Part shown: in pieces, positions 4,991-5,096 of the stretch | Layout of the letters: each line of letters starts with the position of its first letter | Numbering within the stretch: position 1 is the first letter of the stretch | Virus record (IMG/VR): IMGVR_UViG_3300029458_000036 | Coordinates: 1-5,096 of that record | DNA length: 5,096 nt | Origin: a virus | Direction: 5' to 3' (one strand) | Notes under the pieces: model-generated | What the model was told of the DNA's origin: nothing | Databases searched by the model: none | Seen by the model: the letters and a program-made list of their open reading frames with translations, nothing else | Made by a program: the position numbers and the translations under genes

Positions 4991-5096
4991 ATGGTTTGTT
5001 ATAATCCTATTCTTATGTACCCGGTCGAAGGAGCGATTACTAAGAATGGAAAGCAGCATTATAGTTTTTACGGTAGCCTTGCCTCTCACCCTGAGC
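4991..5096 (+). CDS. VP4: Replication initiator VP4, N-terminal part (3'-truncated by the window; continues at base 1)
   Basis: ATG 4991 is 5 nt after AGGTGA (4980-4985). MVCYNPILMYPVEGAITKNGKQHYSFYGSLASHPE... runs in frame into the duplicated segment 5016-5096 (= 1-81) and on to stop 887. 25 nt + 887 nt = 912 nt = 303 codons plus stop. Confidence 0.9.
   Translation, partial: MVCYNPILMYPVEGAITKNGKQHYSFYGSLASHPE
5016..5096. repeat. Terminal redundancy, copy 2 (identical to 1-81)
   Basis: Exact 81-nt match to the window start. See copy 1. Confidence 0.95.

Overview
The window holds one complete, circularly permuted genome of a small ssDNA phage of the family Microviridae (Gokushovirinae-like), plus an 81-nt overlap. 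Bases 1-81 are identical to 5016-5096, so the circle is 5,015 nt. All supported genes are on the + strand in the classic gokushovirus order. VP4 (replication initiator) wraps the window junction: ATG 4991, through 5015|1, to stop 887, 303 aa. It is followed by a small unknown ORF, VP5, VP3 (internal scaffold), VP1 (major capsid), VP2 (pilot/minor capsid) and a small N-terminally hydrophobic ORF. Last is a 36-aa arginine-rich DNA-binding peptide that is absent from the supplied ORF track. Non-coding signals are three promoters sharing one architecture (TTGACA-N14-TGn-TAnnnT), an intrinsic terminator after VP5, and two long perfect stem-loops in the only large intergenic region (VP3/VP1). I see no RNA genes, CRISPR array, integrase or transposase, and nothing resembling a cellular defence system. 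The best leads are: (i) the VP3/VP1 hairpin, whose loop carries a phiX174-origin-like ACTTGAT, as a candidate replication origin; (ii) two candidate membrane/lysis ORFs, since to my knowledge gokushoviruses have no assigned lysis gene; (iii) an unassigned ORF between VP4 and VP5; (iv) a promoter that fires straight into a terminator ahead of the structural genes. All family assignments rest on recalled motifs and gene order, not on a database search.
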